64,000 bases of DNA from an uncultured Chloroflexia bacterium. GTDB lineage: Bacteria > Chloroflexota > Limnocylindria > Limnocylindrales > CSP1-4. Position 1 is the first letter of the stretch. Each line of letters opens with the position of its first letter. Below the pieces are notes generated by a model, which was given only the letters and a program-made list of their open reading frames with translations, was not told the DNA's origin and did no database searches. Location of the stretch: positions 991,672 through 1,055,671 of the forward strand of contig CAVXSS010000001.1 in the NCBI GenBank assembly GCA_963764515.1. Reading direction: 5' to 3'. Shown piece by piece: positions 60,375 to 64,000 of this stretch. A program made the translations under genes and the position numbers.

Positions 60375-61766
60375 GTGCCCCAGACCGCTCTGACGACGGC
60401 CATCCGCGACGAGATCTCGCGACTCGGCCGGGCCGACATCATGGTCGGCATCCCGAGCTTCAAGAACGCGGCAACCATCGGCTACGTGGTGCGCGCCGCC
60501 CAGGCCGGCCTGGTCCAGTACTTCCCGGACCTCCAGCCGGTCGTGGTCAACTCGGACGCAGGCTCGCCCGACGGCACGGGCCGGGTCGTCGTCGAGACCG
60601 AGCCGCCCGACTACGTGGAACAGATCCTCCTCGTCCGGCCGAACCACAAGCTGCAACGCGTCAGCCTGACCTATCCGGAGATCGATGGCGTCGGCGGGAA
60701 GGGCGCGGCCCTGCGCACCATCTTCGAGATGGCGGCCGCGCTCGATGTCGAGGCCCTCGTCGTCGTCGACAGCGACCTGCGGAGCATCGTCCCCGAGTGG
60801 ATCGAGCTCCTGGCCGGGCCCATCCTCAAGGGCGGCTACGACTTCGTCGCGCCGCTCTACGCTCGGTACAAGTACGACGGAACGATCACCAACACGGTCA
60901 CCTATCCGTTGACCCGGGCGCTGTACGGCCATCGCATCCGCCAACCGATCGGTGGGGACTTCGGCGTGTCCGGCGACCTCGTCCGCCACTACCTCGAGCT
61001 CGACGACTGGACGCCCGAGATCAGCCGGTTCGGCATCGACATCTGGATGACCGTCTCGGCGCTGACCGGTGGTTTCGCCGTCTGCCAGACCCGCCTCGGC
61101 GCGAAGATCCACGACCCCAAGGACCCCGGCTCGGATCTCGGACCGATGTTCCGACAGGTGGTGGGCACGATCCTGCGGTTGGCCGACCGATACGCCGACC
61201 AGTGGCTGACGATCCGTGGCAGCCACGACGTACCGGCATACGGGTTCGAACGCATCATCGACCCGCCACCGCTCGAGGTGAACACGCTCCGGCTCCTGTC
61301 CGAGTTCCATGTGGGCTCGCTGACGCTCGCCGACACGTGGCGGGTCATGCTGGCCCCGGCAACTGCGGCCACGGTCCTCGAGCTGGCGGCCGAGGCGGGC
61401 GATCTGGCCGATGTCGCGCGCACGAAGCTCGGCATCGGTGGGGACGTGGCGTCAACCACCGCCAGCACGCTCGAGATGGCCGAGGCGGCCAGCTCGTTCC
61501 ATTTCCCCGACGACGTCTGGGCGCGGGTCGTCTACGACTTGGTGGTGGCCGCCCGCGACGCGATCTCGACCACGACGACGGGCCCGTCGCTGGAAACCCT
61601 CGTCGCGGCGCTGGTCCCGATCTACTTCGGACGCGTCGGCAGCTTCGTCATCGAGAACCGGCACATCCCGACCGACGCTGCCGAAGAGCGGGTCGAGCGC
61701 CAGGCGCGGGAGTTCGAGCTCCTGAAGCCGTACCTCGTCGACCGGTGGGAGGCCGCCGCCCGATGA
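60375..61766 (+). CDS. Glucosylglycerate/mannosylglycerate synthase-like glycosyltransferase (single-step, Ggs-like)
   Basis: VGIPS..NA.TI, GKGAA, DSDL, RYKYDGTITN, RQPIGGDF and FGIDIWMT motifs. Confidence 0.8.
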   Translation: MPQTALTTAIRDEISRLGRADIMVGIPSFKNAATIGYVVRAAQAGLVQYFPDLQPVVVNSDAGSPDGTGRVVVETEPPDYVEQILLVRPNHKLQRVSLTYPEIDGVGGKGAALRTIFEMAAALDVEALVVVDSDLRSIVPEWIELLAGPILKGGYDFVAPLYARYKYDGTITNTVTYPLTRALYGHRIRQPIGGDFGVSGDLVRHYLELDDWTPEISRFGIDIWMTVSALTGGFAVCQTRLGAKIHDPKDPGSDLGPMFRQVVGTILRLADRYADQWLTIRGSHDVPAYGFERIIDPPPLEVNTLRLLSEFHVGSLTLADTWRVMLAPATAATVLELAAEAGDLADVARTKLGIGGDVASTTASTLEMAEAASSFHFPDDVWARVVYDLVVAARDAISTTTTGPSLETLVAALVPIYFGRVGSFVIENRHIPTDAAEERVERQAREFELLKPYLVDRWEAAAR

Positions 61767-61776
61767 CCGGTCGTCG

Positions 61777-63720
61777 ATGACCAGCCGACCGCCGCTTCCC
61801 GTGCGGATCCTCATCCCGGTCGCGAATCCGATGACGGCCGAGGAGCTGATCCGGCTCGGCGCGGCGATGCTCGACCGCAAGCACGGGGAGATCTCAGCAC
61901 TCGGCATCGTCGAGGTGCCGGAGGGGATGGCCCTGTCTGAAGGCGCTACCCGCGCCCGCCACGCCCGGCGGCTGCTCCAGCGCGTGCTGGACTACGCCCC
62001 TGACGGCACGACGATCCATCCCATCGTGCGCATCGGGCGGCACGCGGCCGAGGGAATCGTCGAGGCTACGGCCGAGCAGGAAGCCGACCTCATCATCTTT
62101 GGCTGGGGCGGTCGCACCGCGGGTGCTCGCGACAGGACCGGCACGACGGTCTTCTCACCGACGATCGACGAGGTCGTTCGCGAGGCGCCGTGCGACATCG
62201 CCGTGGTCAAGCAGCGTGGCGCGAAGGAGATCAAGCGCATCCTCGTCCCGGTCCGTGGTGGCCCTCACGCCGAGCTCGCGGTCCGGTATGCCGATGCGAT
62301 CGCCGGCTACCACGATGCCACCGTCGTCGTCCTCCACCTCGTTCCGCCCGGCATCACGCTCGCGGTGCGGGCCCAGGCGGAGCGGGCGCTCGCGTCGTTC
62401 ATGAAGCAGCACCTGCACGGCCACGGCGAGGCCATCCTCCGCGAGGCCCCCAACGTCCGAAACGCGATCCTGCGCGAGGCCGACAAGGCGGATCTCGTCG
62501 TCATGGGTGCATCGGCCGCACCGGCCGGCTCGGACGGGGAGAGCCATCTGTTCGGCGCGTTGCCCGAGGCCGTCGCCGCACGGGCGAAACCGTCGGTGAT
62601 CGTGGTCCGGACGCGGGAGACGATCGCCCGCAGCACCTTCGACCAGCTGGCCGCGCGGGCCGAGACCCTCGCTGCGGCCGACCGAGCCGCCGAGGAGGCC
62701 CGGGCCGTCCCGGTCCGGGTCGAGCGCTGGTTCGGCGAGTCGAACTTCCACCACTCCGAGTTCGCGGATCTGCGCCGCCTCGTGACCCTCAAGGAGAAGC
62801 AGCATCTGACGGTCAGCCTCGTGCTCCCCACGCTCGACGAGGAAGAGACGATCGGACCGATCGTCCGCCGGGCCATCCGCGAGATGGTCGGCCGCGTCCC
62901 GCTGCTCGACGAGGTCCTGGTCATCGATTCCGCATCCACCGACCGGACGCGCGAGATCGCCGAGTCCGAGGGCGCTCGTGTCGTCCAGCACCACGACGTC
63001 CTGCCGCGATACGGCTCGTTCAAGGGGAAGGGCGAGGCGCTCTGGAAGTCGCTCTATGAGACCAGTGGCGACATCGTCATCTGGGCCGACACCGACGTGA
63101 AGAACTGGCACCCGCGGATGGTCTACGGGACGCTTGGCCCGCTCCTCCATGAGCCTCGCCTCCAGTACGTGAAGGGCTACTACCAGCGGCCCATCGTGGA
63201 GGGTGGGGTACTCAAGGAGGGCGGCGGCGGCCGGGTGACCGAGCTCGTCGCACGGCCCCTGATCAACCTGTTCTTTCCGGAGCTCTCGGGGATGATCCAA
63301 CCGCTCGCCGGGGAATACGCCGGTCGGCGGTCGCTGCTCGAGGGCATCCCGTTCTTCACCGGGTATGCCGTGGAGATCGGGCACCTCATCGACGCCGCGG
63401 AGCGTGTCGGCATCGAAGGGCTGGGGCAGGTGGACCTCGAGCGGCGCGTGCACCGCAACCAGGAGCTCGAGGGGCTTTCACGGATGTCGTTCGTGATCCT
63501 CCAGGCCGTCATGCGGCGTCTCGAGGAGCGTCGCAAGGCCCGTCTGTTCGCGGAGATGGGCTCGACGATGAAGCTGCCACGCTCCGGTCACGGCCGGCTG
63601 TCCCTCGAGGTCATCGAGCTGGCCGACCAGGAGCGCCCACCGATGATCCGGATCCCGGAGTACCTGGAGCGGCGGCGAGTAGCGGGTGCCGATTCGGCCG
63701 TCGAGCCGACCCCCAGGTAG
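61777..63720 (+). CDS. gpgS: Tandem universal-stress-protein domains fused to glucosyl-3-phosphoglycerate synthase
   Basis: Two Usp domains (RILIPVAN; RILVPVRGGPH), then GKGEALWKS, DTD, GGRVTEL.ARP, QPLAGEYA and GYAVE motifs. Confidence 0.88.
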   Translation: MTSRPPLPVRILIPVANPMTAEELIRLGAAMLDRKHGEISALGIVEVPEGMALSEGATRARHARRLLQRVLDYAPDGTTIHPIVRIGRHAAEGIVEATAEQEADLIIFGWGGRTAGARDRTGTTVFSPTIDEVVREAPCDIAVVKQRGAKEIKRILVPVRGGPHAELAVRYADAIAGYHDATVVVLHLVPPGITLAVRAQAERALASFMKQHLHGHGEAILREAPNVRNAILREADKADLVVMGASAAPAGSDGESHLFGALPEAVAARAKPSVIVVRTRETIARSTFDQLAARAETLAAADRAAEEARAVPVRVERWFGESNFHHSEFADLRRLVTLKEKQHLTVSLVLPTLDEEETIGPIVRRAIREMVGRVPLLDEVLVIDSASTDRTREIAESEGARVVQHHDVLPRYGSFKGKGEALWKSLYETSGDIVIWADTDVKNWHPRMVYGTLGPLLHEPRLQYVKGYYQRPIVEGGVLKEGGGGRVTELVARPLINLFFPELSGMIQPLAGEYAGRRSLLEGIPFFTGYAVEIGHLIDAAERVGIEGLGQVDLERRVHRNQELEGLSRMSFVILQAVMRRLEERRKARLFAEMGSTMKLPRSGHGRLSLEVIELADQERPPMIRIPEYLERRRVAGADSAVEPTPR

Positions 63721-63874
63721 TACGTTCCGCCCCGCGATACGACTCCCCGTCGTCTGTCCCGGACTCCGCGTCCGACACGTGCCCACCATCGAGCGGACAC
63801 GAGGCGCCGCCACCTCGCGCCGACGCTTGGCATGCACCCCGATCCATCGTCCAGCGCCACGTTCGGCCCCGATG

Positions 63875-64000
63875 TCATCCCGATGGCGCCAAGATACGGC
63901 TGTGAGTCTTAGCGGCGGACCCATCGATCAGCGCGACCACGTCGACGCGGCTCGCAAGCCGACCATCGAGCGTCTTGACCTCGAGGGGTACCTCGCCGCG
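63875..64000 (-). CDS. 3' end of a gene entering from outside the window
   Basis: Open frame RGEVPLEVKTLDGRLASRVDVVALIDG...SG*. Confidence 0.4.
   Translation of the reverse strand, partial: RGEVPLEVKTLDGRLASRVDVVALIDGSAAKTHSRILAPSG

Noticed and set aside
1-64000. tRNA or rRNA genes and IS elements
   Set aside because: No cloverleaf with a T-loop, rRNA-like segment or transposase recognised by eye; a tRNAscan or Infernal run would be decisive.

Overview
High-GC (about 70%, estimated by eye) bacterial chromosomal window with mostly housekeeping genes. Gene content and protein style suggest Chloroflexota, possibly Limnocylindria; this is an inference, not a database result. From left to right: rmlABDC dTDP-rhamnose genes; radC-mreB-mreC; a block of zinc-ribbon and membrane proteins around a UPF0182 protein and a CPBP protease; guaA and guaB3 separated by a truncated globin, microproteins, SRPBCC, a nitroreductase and a secreted peptidase; the c-di-AMP receptor darA divergent from a GAF-GGDEF gene next to tmk; a His-rich Ni/Co transporter; an intergenic palindromic repeat region; tldD (frameshifted) and pmbA; a Ycf45-like AAA-R3H protein; pdxST; a GbsR-like regulator with a yndJ operon; a leucine-catabolism (MCC/liu) cluster; HNH-cca-TPR; galE; an MFS transporter; and a glucosylglycerate locus. 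I found no tRNA, rRNA, cas genes, integrase or transposase. The strongest leads are: (1) a biotin carboxylase fused to an N-terminal Xis/MerR-type HTH, with 9-bp-phased repeats at its own start; (2) a stand-alone ATP-dependent ligase adenylation domain that has lost its catalytic residues; (3) a tandem-Usp-GpgS fusion next to a single-step Ggs-like synthase; (4) a deviant GGDEF protein head-to-head with darA; (5) a 72-bp-period palindromic mini-array; (6) pervasive leaderless TANNNT promoters. Starts were refined by hand, and all family calls are by motif recognition only.
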